Source: Candidatus Omnitrophota bacterium (GTDB lineage: Bacteria > Omnitrophota > Gorgyraeia > Zapsychrales > Fredricksoniimonadaceae). From it: a DNA stretch of 64,000 bases. The stretch spans positions 677 to 64,676 of the forward strand of contig CAIVRE010000009.1 in the NCBI GenBank assembly GCA_903908245.1, in the 5' to 3' direction. Position numbers and translations under genes: made by a program. The notes below the pieces were generated by a model. That model was given only the letters and a program-made list of their open reading frames with translations, searched no databases and had not been told where the DNA came from. Position 1 is the stretch's first letter. Every line of letters begins with the position of its first letter. Shown here piece after piece: positions 28,278 through 37,181 of the stretch.

Positions 28278-30121
28278 TTGACCCTCCGCTCGATCGCGTC
28301 CAATATATCCTCCAGGTCAAAAAGACTGCGCTGCATATCTGCCACGCTAACCGAAGCCGACGCAAAGCGCGCCCGCTCCGCCAGCTCAAAGAGCTCTTTT
28401 AATAACAAGATCTTGGACTTTTCTACCCCCCGGGCTAAAAGCTCAGCCTCGATCGATGCCAGATCGGCGTTACCCGGAGGGACATTGATCTTGCGTTCCA
28501 GATATTGAGTGAACAATCGGAACAAAAGCGTATAAAAATCTTTTGCGCCATTCTCCCTGATCTGAGCTTTAAGCGCGCTGATCGCCGCCTTGGCTACGCG
28601 AAGTGCCGCGCTCCTGCGCGCGAATCCGGGGTCGTTCAAAAGCTTCCGACGGTAAAGATACACCCCCATCAATACCCCCCAAATATTAAGATACAGGACA
28701 AAAACCGCCAATAATATGCCGTTACGGCCCAACCATCCCTGCTTCTGGGAAAGCTTTCCGGCATGATCCTTGACAAAAACAATATCTTTCCCCAAAGACT
28801 CCTTTAAAAGAGATACCGGCCGTTCTGTAAATCCGACCGCCTGGAATTCCTGGCCTTTATCCATCGGCAGGACTTCAACGGGAAAAGGCCCGCGTGTGAT
28901 GGTGGCATATTGCCCGGTTGATGTATCAAAATAACTGAACGCCACCGCCGGAACCTCTCCCTGCCCTTCATTGACCGGAATGATCACCTGCTCCAGCGTC
29001 TTCTGCCCGTCCGTTTCCTTGATCTGCGGATCATAAACCTTAAAACGCGCGTCCTTGAATGCCGGCATCTTAACGGTCTTCATATCCCCGGTCCCGGCGA
29101 CCGCCATCTTGAGCGTCACCGGATCTCCGGCTTTGACCTTAAGCGGAGCCGCTGAAACATCAAAAGTAAACCGGCCGACAGCTCCCGCAAAATCCGCCGG
29201 TTTCCCCTCCAGGGGCAAAGGCTTGACCTGGAACGTGAAAGGGCGCGACGAGATCGTCACAGGCTTTTTCTGATATGAATTGAAGAATCCGGAAAAAAAG
29301 TCATCCTCAAAAACACTGTTCCCGAAAGGATTACGGCGGACATTGTTCTTGATCATGAGGTTACCCGTTACAACCGCGGGCCCGAGGTTGAGCTCCCCGT
29401 CACGGGTCGGTGTCAAACGCGCGTTGAACTCAACCACTTCAAACGTCTTTCCGTTAACCTGTTCCTGATACTGTTTCGGACGCGCAAATTCGGAAAGGAC
29501 GAACCCCTCCTGCGGTATCTGCGGAAAAGAAATATCCTGGATCGGAAGTTCCCTGACATAAAGTTTGACCGTGATCGGGACTTCCTCATGAACATAACTG
29601 CTCGCAGCCGGCATTAAAAGGACCATCTGCACACGCTCGGCAATAGCCTGGGCATCATTAAGGATACCTGGCGCCGCCCCCTGCGGGTCCGGTGTCCCCC
29701 CCGGAGCTCCGGCAGCCGCCGTGGCCGCAACGACCTCCACAACGATCGGCCGGCTCAAATACGACTGGCCATTGATATTCACCTCGACAGAAGGGATCGT
29801 AAACTTTCCTTCCTTAAGCGGGATCAGCATATAACTGAATGCTTTGACCGTGGAGTACTCCCCGTTAACAACCTTGATCTGGGTCGACGGGCCTACAAAA
29901 CGCGCTTCGAACCCGTCAATGGCCGGCAAGGCGATCTGGCTGACATCCTGCGTCCCGTGCACCGTAAGCGTTAACTGCGCGGCCGATCCCATGGCCACGC
30001 GATCCGCATCAAGCGAGGCATCAAAAGAAATACCCTCGGCAAAGGCAGCGAACGCTGCCGTTGACGTCATGATCACCACAAGGATGAAACACCATATTTT
30101 TTTGTTCCCTGCTATTGCCAT
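28274..30121 (-). CDS. batD: BatD-like oxygen-tolerance protein (start taken at internal MAIAGNKKIW; ORF extends to 30175)
   Basis: About 615 aa, signal peptide, large beta-rich ectodomain, C-terminal TM segment with KR-rich tail; position in bat operon. Confidence 0.65.
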   Translation of the reverse strand: MAIAGNKKIWCFILVVIMTSTAAFAAFAEGISFDASLDADRVAMGSAAQLTLTVHGTQDVSQIALPAIDGFEARFVGPSTQIKVVNGEYSTVKAFSYMLIPLKEGKFTIPSVEVNINGQSYLSRPIVVEVVAATAAAGAPGGTPDPQGAAPGILNDAQAIAERVQMVLLMPAASSYVHEEVPITVKLYVRELPIQDISFPQIPQEGFVLSEFARPKQYQEQVNGKTFEVVEFNARLTPTRDGELNLGPAVVTGNLMIKNNVRRNPFGNSVFEDDFFSGFFNSYQKKPVTISSRPFTFQVKPLPLEGKPADFAGAVGRFTFDVSAAPLKVKAGDPVTLKMAVAGTGDMKTVKMPAFKDARFKVYDPQIKETDGQKTLEQVIIPVNEGQGEVPAVAFSYFDTSTGQYATITRGPFPVEVLPMDKGQEFQAVGFTERPVSLLKESLGKDIVFVKDHAGKLSQKQGWLGRNGILLAVFVLYLNIWGVLMGVYLYRRKLLNDPGFARRSAALRVAKAAISALKAQIRENGAKDFYTLLFRLFTQYLERKINVPPGNADLASIEAELLARGVEKSKILLLKELFELAERARFASASVSVADMQRSLFDLEDILDAIERRVK

Positions 30122-30128
30122 AACATTA

Positions 30129-31061
30129 TCACCAATCTTTTGAGACCGGACGCTCCTGACGAGGCTCACGAACAAAATTTAACATCCCCTTTGGCTGCTC
30201 ATTCTGGGCGAAATCATCAAGGAGCATATTCGCCTCGTCTTGAGATAATATATGCCCCTGCTCGGATTGTCCAGAAGAAGCCCCCTGATCGCCGGGTCCG
30301 TTCTTGTCGTCAGCCTTTTGCCCTTCAGGCTTTTTTTGTTCATCCCCGGGCTTTTGTCCTTCAGGCTTCTTTTCTTCCGCCTTCTTGTTTTCTTCGGCTT
30401 TCGACTCTTCAGCCTTTTGTTCTTCCTGAGACTTGGCCTGTTGCTGTTGGCCTTGCTGACCTTGATCCTTCTGCTGCTGGCTTTGATCCTTTTGCTGCTG
30501 ACTTTGATCCTTCTGTGACTGATCCTGATCTCTTTGCTGCTGGCTTTGCTTGTTATTTTCCTTCTGCTCCTGCTGCTTTTTCTTCAACCGTTCCAACTCG
30601 GCGGCCACGAATACACGATTCTCCTTTGCATCATCATGTTTCCCTTCCGCCGACGCCAGGATCTTGTCGTAATGAACAAGACTTTCCTCAACATTCTTGA
30701 TAGCGCCCTTGATATCTTTCTCTTCCTTGTCCACTCCCGCCTTATACAAAGCATTTGCCAAATTATATTGAACATCATCCTGCAGCTTCTTGTCGTCAGC
30801 CAATAAGGCTTTGTTAAGAAACCCGACGGCATCCATATATTTGCCTGTTTTATACGCAGCCGCGCCAAGGTCATAATCGATCCTGGGGTCATTGGGCGAT
30901 CTGGACGCCGCGGCTTCATAATGATCGGCGGCTTCATTGAATTTCCCCTTGAAATACGCCTCGTTCCCCCGGGCGACCTCACCGGCACCGGGAACAGCCA
31001 AAGCCGGGCCCTGCATGTAGAAAAATGCCGCAACAAGTAAACAAAGAATTCGTTCAGTCAT
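30129..31061 (-). CDS. batC: BatC-like TPR protein with long Q/K/E/D low-complexity tail
   Basis: Signal peptide, TPR-like N half (YFKGKFNEAADHYEAA...), QQQRDQDQSQKDQSQQQKDQ repeats. Confidence 0.65.
   Translation of the reverse strand: MTERILCLLVAAFFYMQGPALAVPGAGEVARGNEAYFKGKFNEAADHYEAAASRSPNDPRIDYDLGAAAYKTGKYMDAVGFLNKALLADDKKLQDDVQYNLANALYKAGVDKEEKDIKGAIKNVEESLVHYDKILASAEGKHDDAKENRVFVAAELERLKKKQQEQKENNKQSQQQRDQDQSQKDQSQQQKDQSQQQKDQGQQGQQQQAKSQEEQKAEESKAEENKKAEEKKPEGQKPGDEQKKPEGQKADDKNGPGDQGASSGQSEQGHILSQDEANMLLDDFAQNEQPKGMLNFVREPRQERPVSKDW
30300..30560. repeat. Imperfect tandem nucleotide repeats encoding the Q/K/E-rich tail of BatC
   Basis: Repeated ccttctgctgctggctttgatcc and ccttcaggctt units seen directly in the sequence. 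Confidence 0.7.
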
Positions 31062-32061
31062 ATTTTCTTCTCAGGGACAATGCCGTTTCAGCCAGAAGGA
31101 AGAACAACGCCAACATCAACGGAAGCTCGAAATGCTCGTTATATTTCTTTTCAACCCGACTTTCAATACTTCTTTTCTCAAGACGGGACAATTGGGATTC
31201 ATAAAGATAATCCAGCCCGAACTCCACCCCGCTGGAACGCACATACGCTCCCCCCGCCGCGGCCGCGATCTCTTTTAACATCGGCTCGTTGAGCCTGGAC
31301 TTGATAAAATTCCCTTCGGCATCCTTGATGAACTCGAGCTCTCCCTTGTCATTGAGCACACGCACCAGCTCGCCTTCCCTGGTCCCGATCCCGATCGTAA
31401 AGATACGGATCTTCTTTTGGGCAGCCACCCGGGCCCACTCCACCGGGTCCCCTTCCCAATTCTCCCCGTCCGTGAGGATGACCAGCACCTTATACTGAGA
31501 AGGCACGTCCTCATACCCCTTTAAAGCCTCCTGAATGGCCTGGCCGATATCTGTGCCGCCCCGCGGGATCGATGCCGTATTAAGGTCCTCAAGGCTCAGC
31601 AAAAAACCGCTGTAATCCGTTGTCAGCGGACAAGTCAGGAAAGCACTGCCGGAAAAAGCAATAAGCCCGACCCGGTCGCCTTTCAGTTTCTTCAGAAGGT
31701 CTTTGACCGCAAGCTTGGTCCGTTCCAGCCGGTTGGGTTTCACATCTTCCGTGAGCATGCTCTTGGATGTGTCGATCGCCAGGAAGATATCCAATCCTTC
31801 CCGCTTAACATCCTGCCATTCGAAACCCCACTGGGGACGGGCCAGCGTGACAACAGAACAGACCAGGACCGCACCGATCAAAAGATCTTTCCAGATATAA
31901 CGCTTCCGGGAAGAACTTGCCGCGATCTCCGGCATCAATTGCTTGTCGACAAAACGATAGATCCGCCGGCGCCTTCCTTTAGCCAAATAATAAAGGACAA
32001 CAGCGAACAGGAGAACAAGAATAAACGCGTTGAACATCCACGGTCTGGCGAACATAGTCAA
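31054..32061 (-). CDS. batB: BatB-like VWA-domain membrane protein
   Basis: N-terminal TM helices; MIDAS LAIDTSKSM; VWA fold pattern. Confidence 0.8.
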   Translation of the reverse strand: MTMFARPWMFNAFILVLLFAVVLYYLAKGRRRRIYRFVDKQLMPEIAASSSRKRYIWKDLLIGAVLVCSVVTLARPQWGFEWQDVKREGLDIFLAIDTSKSMLTEDVKPNRLERTKLAVKDLLKKLKGDRVGLIAFSGSAFLTCPLTTDYSGFLLSLEDLNTASIPRGGTDIGQAIQEALKGYEDVPSQYKVLVILTDGENWEGDPVEWARVAAQKKIRIFTIGIGTREGELVRVLNDKGELEFIKDAEGNFIKSRLNEPMLKEIAAAAGGAYVRSSGVEFGLDYLYESQLSRLEKRSIESRVEKKYNEHFELPLMLALFFLLAETALSLRRKYD

Positions 32062-33053
32062 GGGATCCTCAAAAAAACCGTCCGGCTCAATAATACCTCG
32101 ATGATCAGCAGGATCAACGCCGCGATCAAAACAATATCAAAATGCTCTTCATACTGACGAAAACCGGCCTGCTCGAACTTGACCTTCTCCATGGCATCGA
32201 TCTGGTCGTAAACAGCCTTTAACGAGGGCGTATCCGTGGCGCGGAAATAAGCCCCTCCGGTAAGCCGCGCGATCTCCTTGAGGATATCCTCATCAATGTC
32301 GATCTGCACATTCTGATATACCGTTCGCCCGAACATGTCCACCGCCGGATACGGGACCGGCCCGCGGCTGCCGGCACCGATCGTATAGATCCGCACTCCC
32401 TTGGCCTGCGCAGCCTTGGCCGCGGTCAGAGGGTCGATCTTGCCGGCATTATTAATGCCGTCGGTAAGAAGCAATATCACCTTGGCCTTGCCTGGAACAT
32501 CCCGCACCCGGTTGACCGCGGAGGCAATGGCCGATCCGATGGCCGTTCCGTCTTCCATCAGGCCGAATTTAACCCTGTCGAGATTGCTTTTTAACCAGGA
32601 ATAATCGGCCGTAAGAGGCGACACCGTATACGGCCGCGCCGCGAATGCCACGAGCCCTATACGGTCACCGCTGCGCTTGCCGATAAATTCACGAATAACA
32701 TTCTTGACCACATCCAGGCGGCTCGCTCTTTTATTGTTAAGGGTAAAATCCTCCGCGGCCATGCTAGTCGACACATCCATCGCCAGGACGATATTGATCC
32801 CTTCCGACTGATGCTGCGTCTCCCCCAACGGGCTGCGCGGGCCGGCCAGCGCGACCATGAAAAGCAGGATCGTCAACAGCCTCAATATCAACGGGACCCT
32901 CAACAAACGGACCCGCCAGGATGTTTTAAGCCCTTCCACCAGAGTGCCGGAAGAAAAACGGAATGACGGCGGCCTCAGCCTCCAGGTATAAATAACAACA
33001 GCAAAAAGCACGGCAGGAATGAAATAAAGGACCCAGGGGGACTTGAAGATCAT
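32058..33053 (-). CDS. batA: BatA-like VWA-domain membrane protein
   Basis: TM helices; LAMDVSTSM MIDAS; C-terminal TM. Confidence 0.8.
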   Translation of the reverse strand: MIFKSPWVLYFIPAVLFAVVIYTWRLRPPSFRFSSGTLVEGLKTSWRVRLLRVPLILRLLTILLFMVALAGPRSPLGETQHQSEGINIVLAMDVSTSMAAEDFTLNNKRASRLDVVKNVIREFIGKRSGDRIGLVAFAARPYTVSPLTADYSWLKSNLDRVKFGLMEDGTAIGSAIASAVNRVRDVPGKAKVILLLTDGINNAGKIDPLTAAKAAQAKGVRIYTIGAGSRGPVPYPAVDMFGRTVYQNVQIDIDEDILKEIARLTGGAYFRATDTPSLKAVYDQIDAMEKVKFEQAGFRQYEEHFDIVLIAALILLIIEVLLSRTVFLRIP

Positions 33054-33583
33054 GCGGCACCTCTGTCCGGATCGGCCGGAACGATCACGCGGGAGCCTTC
33101 CACAAAACGACGCGCCGACGTCAAAGCTTCCGCCCTATCGAAAGCAGAAGGCTCATGGCGGGCGAACTTGACCATATCGCTAATATTCAGGAACTGGCCC
33201 AGGAATTCCTGCTGCACATCGGAAAGGTCCGGAGCGATCCGCACCCGCTCCATAAACTCTTCTGTTGTCATTTCCGGAGCGCGGATGTTAAAGCGCTCCT
33301 CGATATAAAGACGAATGATACCCGAAAGGCAGAAATAAAAATGCTTTACAGCCGCCTCTCCCTCGGGACGCGTTTGTTCCAGCCGGGCAAGTTCGGCCAG
33401 CGCTTTCTCCCATGGCGGAACAGGGATGGCAACAGGCTCCCTGGGTTGGAAATACCGCAGAACAGAACGAAAACCCCAGACGGCCAGAAGGACCAACACA
33501 AATCCCGCCAGCAACCACAACCACCACCAATCCCCGGGCAATGCCACCGGGGCGTGAATATCCCTCAAGCTCTGCGGCGTCAT
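33050..33583 (-). CDS. Small membrane protein of the bat operon (DUF4381-like)
   Basis: 177 aa with N-terminal TM (WWWLWLLAGFVLVLLAVWGF); translationally coupled (ATGA overlaps) on both sides. Confidence 0.55.
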   Translation of the reverse strand: MTPQSLRDIHAPVALPGDWWWLWLLAGFVLVLLAVWGFRSVLRYFQPREPVAIPVPPWEKALAELARLEQTRPEGEAAVKHFYFCLSGIIRLYIEERFNIRAPEMTTEEFMERVRIAPDLSDVQQEFLGQFLNISDMVKFARHEPSAFDRAEALTSARRFVEGSRVIVPADPDRGAA

Positions 33584-34497
33584 CTGGCCCTCTTTCTTCT
33601 CATGGCAAAGAACCGCACCAGGTGATCGGCGAACGACCCCTGGGTTGAAACATCAATATGATCCATATTCAATGACCGGAACAACCTCGAACGCTGTTCC
33701 ACCCTCATCAGCGCCCGGCCCGCGTACTCGTCACGCACGGCGACATAAGAACTGTCCACCGTATAGGCCCGCCCGGTCTCGGCATCCTCCAATTCAACAA
33801 GCCCGCAGTCGGGCAGGTCCATCTCCCGCGGGTCATTAAGGGTCACCGCAATAACATCGTGCCGCTTGTTGGCGACCCTAAGCGCCTTGATAAAACGCGG
33901 AGCCGCATTGCCCGGCATAACAGAATGATCCGCCTCAGGCTCAAAAAAGTCGGAGATAATAAAAGTCACCGCCTTGCGGGTCGTAACACGGGTCATAAAT
34001 TGCATGGCGGCCGCAATATCTGTGCCGCGGCCTGAAGGCTCAAAACAAAGGATCTCACGGATGATCCGAAGGACATGACTGCGGCCTTTGCGTGGCGGAA
34101 TGAATTTCTCCACCTCACCCGTAAAAAAGATCAGCCCGATCTTGTCATTATTGCGGATGGCCGAGAATGCGAGTACCGCCGCCACTTCCGCGGCCAGGCG
34201 GCTCTTGAGCTGACGGACGCTGGCAAAACGGCAGGAACGCGACGCATCCACCAGGATCATCACAGTCATTTCCCGTTCTTCAACGAACTTCTTGATATGA
34301 GGAACTCCAGTGCGGGCGGTGACGTTCCAGTCGATAGAACGCACATCATCCCCAGGCTGATACTCACGGACCTCGTCAAATTCGATCCCGCGCCCTTTAA
34401 ACACGCTCTGGTACTGGCCGGCAAAAACATCCGTGACCAGGCGTTTCGTGGTGATCTCGATCCGGCGTACATTCTCTATAATATCTTTCGGCAGCAT
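33580..34497 (-). CDS. DUF58 (VWA-like) protein; ORF extends to 34629 but start is probably the internal MLPKD...
   Basis: GQYQSVFKGRGIEFDEVREYQPGDDVRSIDWNVTAR DUF58 signature; the upstream extension would overlap moxR by 104 nt. Confidence 0.75.
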   Translation of the reverse strand: MLPKDIIENVRRIEITTKRLVTDVFAGQYQSVFKGRGIEFDEVREYQPGDDVRSIDWNVTARTGVPHIKKFVEEREMTVMILVDASRSCRFASVRQLKSRLAAEVAAVLAFSAIRNNDKIGLIFFTGEVEKFIPPRKGRSHVLRIIREILCFEPSGRGTDIAAAMQFMTRVTTRKAVTFIISDFFEPEADHSVMPGNAAPRFIKALRVANKRHDVIAVTLNDPREMDLPDCGLVELEDAETGRAYTVDSSYVAVRDEYAGRALMRVEQRSRLFRSLNMDHIDVSTQGSFADHLVRFFAMRRKRAR

Positions 34498-34525
34498 CAC
34501 GATCCTCCCGACAGCCCCTGATCGG

Positions 34526-35518
34526 TCACGGGACCTGAACTTCCTCAAAAATACGCGCGACAAGATCCTCGGAAGACTTGTTCTCCGCTTCCGCCTCGTA
34601 CGTAGGAATAACACGATGCCGGAGGACATCCATCCCGATCGACTTCACATCCTGCGGGGTCACATAGCCGCGCCCGTTAAGGAACGCGAATGCCTTGGAT
34701 GCCAGCGTCAGGCTGATCGTCGCGCGCGGAGAAGCCCCGTATTGGATCAGCGGCTTAAGGTCCGTCAGGCGATACTTCTCGGGCGTCCGGGTCGCCGAAA
34801 CAATATCCACGATATATTGCTCGATCTTCTCATCCATATATACCTGGTCAACGATCTTGCGGGCATTAAGGATATCTTCCGGCGACACGACACGATTGAC
34901 CACGGCCGATCTCTGGGTTGTTGCCATGCGCTTGAGGATCAGAAGCTCTTCCTCTTTCGTCGGATAGGTGACCTTGACCTTCAGCATAAAACGGTCGACC
35001 TGCGCCTCGGGCAAAGGATAAGTGCCTTCCTGCTCAATAGGATTCTGGGTCGCCATGACCAGAAAAGGCGCGTCAAGCTTCAGGGTCGTCTCGCCGATCG
35101 TTACCTGCCGTTCCTGCATCGCTTCCAAAAGAGCGCTTTGAACCTTGGCCGGAGCGCGATTGATCTCGTCGGCCAGGATAATATTGGAAAATACAGGCCC
35201 TTTCTTTACAGAGAACGAGCGCGTATTCTGGTCGTAAATAAGCGTCCCGATCAGGTCCGCGGGCAGCATATCCGGCGTGAACTGTATCCGCTGAAACCGG
35301 CACTGAAGGGTATCGGCCAGGGTTTTAACCGCCGTGGTCTTGGCCAGTCCAGGCACACCTTCCACCAGCACATGACCGTCAGCAAGTAATCCCACGATCA
35401 GCCGTTCCAGTAAATATTTCTGCCCGACGATCACTTTCTGGGCTTCCAGCATCAGGGCTGAAACAAACCCGCTCTCTTTTTTGACCAGCTCATTGATCAT
35501 TGCTATGCCGACACTCAT
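34526..35518 (-). CDS. moxR: MoxR-family AAA+ ATPase
   Basis: VLVEGVPGLAKT Walker A, ILADEINRA Walker B; 330 aa. Confidence 0.9.
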   Translation of the reverse strand: MSVGIAMINELVKKESGFVSALMLEAQKVIVGQKYLLERLIVGLLADGHVLVEGVPGLAKTTAVKTLADTLQCRFQRIQFTPDMLPADLIGTLIYDQNTRSFSVKKGPVFSNIILADEINRAPAKVQSALLEAMQERQVTIGETTLKLDAPFLVMATQNPIEQEGTYPLPEAQVDRFMLKVKVTYPTKEEELLILKRMATTQRSAVVNRVVSPEDILNARKIVDQVYMDEKIEQYIVDIVSATRTPEKYRLTDLKPLIQYGASPRATISLTLASKAFAFLNGRGYVTPQDVKSIGMDVLRHRVIPTYEAEAENKSSEDLVARIFEEVQVP

Positions 35519-35541
35519 AGGATCCTCCCTTGTTGTACCCG

Positions 35542-36729
35542 CTAGATCTCTCCCTGCTCAAACAATGCTTCAAGCGCCCGAGCCACTTTCGGATCGAACC
35601 ATACACCTGAATAGTCGCGGATCTCGGCGATCGCGTGTTCCTTGCCAAACCCGTCGCGATAGGGCCGGTCGGTGGTCATGGCATCGTAGGCATCAGCCAC
35701 CGCAATGATCGCCGCGATGACCGGGATATCCTCACCCTTCAGGCCATCGGGATAACCACTGCCGTCGTAATGTTCATGATGATGCTTCACCCCCGCCACG
35801 CAGCCGTCAAAATCGCGGATATTCGCCAGGATCTCCGCACCCCTCAGGGGATGCGCGCGTATCACCTGGAACTCTTCGACCGTAAGCCGGTCGCGCTTGA
35901 GCAGGATCGCTTCAGGCACCGCGATCTTCCCGATATCATGCAAAAGGCTGGAAATATAAAGGTTCTCAAAGAACTTCGGCGGAGCAAGAACAAGCTCCAT
36001 ATCCACCATCTTGCGCGCAATGGCCACCGCGTATTTTGTCACACGTTCCGTATGCCCATGCGTGTACGAATCCTTGGCTTCGATCGCCGACCCCAAAGCC
36101 ACCGTCGTCTGAATGAATAAATTCCGCGAACGATCCGCTTCTTTCTTCAGGTCCTCGAACAAAAGGGCATTACGGATAGCCATCGCCACATCGGAGGCAA
36201 GAGCAGCAAAGAAATCCAGCTCTTCCTGCTCCATCTTCGTGCCATCTTTCTTCTCTCCCAACAAGAGGACCGCGAGCAACTGATGCCGATAGAACGCGGG
36301 GACACATGCCACACTATTAAGCATCGGCATGTGTTCGCTCACCTGATGCAAAAGGTCCCTCGTTCCATTAACCCCTTCAATAACGCTCTCCCGCCAAAGA
36401 AGCCGGTTAATATCATCCGCCACAAGCGCATTGCGGTTGGTGATCAAGTACTTGTATTCTTTCTGAAAGAAAACCTTGATCAGGGGGTGCTCACGGTCGA
36501 AACGGATAAAATTCTCCGGGATACGCTCGCCGGCCACCCCTCGGGAAACACTAAGCACATAGCTGTCCAGCGCAGGCTCATAAAGGATCATCCCGGCATG
36601 GGTCAGATCCGCCTTTCGAACAAGCATCCGCACCATCAGCTTGATCAGAAGGACATGATCATGGATCATGATCATCCCTTTACTGGCAGCTTCAAGCTCT
36701 TTCTTATAGTCGATCCTGGTGGCTATCAT
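35542..36729 (-). CDS. HD-GYP domain phosphodiesterase with N-terminal GAF-like sensor
   Basis: HTERVTKYA, LLHDIGKIAVPEAILLK, HHEHYDGSGYPDGL motifs. Confidence 0.85.
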   Translation of the reverse strand: MIATRIDYKKELEAASKGMIMIHDHVLLIKLMVRMLVRKADLTHAGMILYEPALDSYVLSVSRGVAGERIPENFIRFDREHPLIKVFFQKEYKYLITNRNALVADDINRLLWRESVIEGVNGTRDLLHQVSEHMPMLNSVACVPAFYRHQLLAVLLLGEKKDGTKMEQEELDFFAALASDVAMAIRNALLFEDLKKEADRSRNLFIQTTVALGSAIEAKDSYTHGHTERVTKYAVAIARKMVDMELVLAPPKFFENLYISSLLHDIGKIAVPEAILLKRDRLTVEEFQVIRAHPLRGAEILANIRDFDGCVAGVKHHHEHYDGSGYPDGLKGEDIPVIAAIIAVADAYDAMTTDRPYRDGFGKEHAIAEIRDYSGVWFDPKVARALEALFEQGEI

Positions 36730-36735
36730 GATCTG

Positions 36736-37092
36736 TCAGGCAATATAGGAAAGGACAACACTCTTAAGCTCCTCCAATACCAAAGGCTTGTGAATAAAGC
36801 CGATACTCCCAAGGCTTTCCGCCTCCTGCGACGCCCCCTTATCTTCAGTCCCGGAAACCATCACAACCTTGACCGTTATATTCCGTCGGCGCAATTCCCG
36901 CAGCACTTCGATCCCGCTCATCCCCTCCATCCGCACATCAAGAAGGACAAGGTCAAAAACATCCTGCTCGATAAGACGGATCGCCTCCTTGCCGTCGGCA
37001 GCGGTCAAGGCATCAACCCCCCGTTTCCTGAAAAAGCTCCGCGAGAACTCACGCACATCAAGCTCATCATCAACAACCAGTATTTTCGGCAT
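36736..37092 (-). CDS. Single-domain response regulator (CheY-like receiver)
   Basis: KILVVDDE...D-loop DLVLLDVRMEGMSG...K; 118 aa. Confidence 0.9.
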   Translation of the reverse strand: MPKILVVDDELDVREFSRSFFRKRGVDALTAADGKEAIRLIEQDVFDLVLLDVRMEGMSGIEVLRELRRRNITVKVVMVSGTEDKGASQEAESLGSIGFIHKPLVLEELKSVVLSYIA

Positions 37093-37181
37093 AAAGACCT
37101 TGGCGAGACCTCAATAATTCACAAAGAAGATAACTATAATTATAAACATCCGTACATTATTTCAATAAAAAAAACATATAA

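Noticed and set aside
30252-30518. 88-aa Leu-rich plus-strand ORF
   Set aside because: Translation of the antisense strand of the BatC tandem-repeat region; pure low complexity
34498-34629. N-terminal extension of the DUF58 ORF overlapping moxR by 104 nt
   Set aside because: Basic low-complexity extension; internal Met gives normal DUF58 start and tidy spacing
34433-35389. 318-aa plus-strand ORF
   Set aside because: Antisense to moxR
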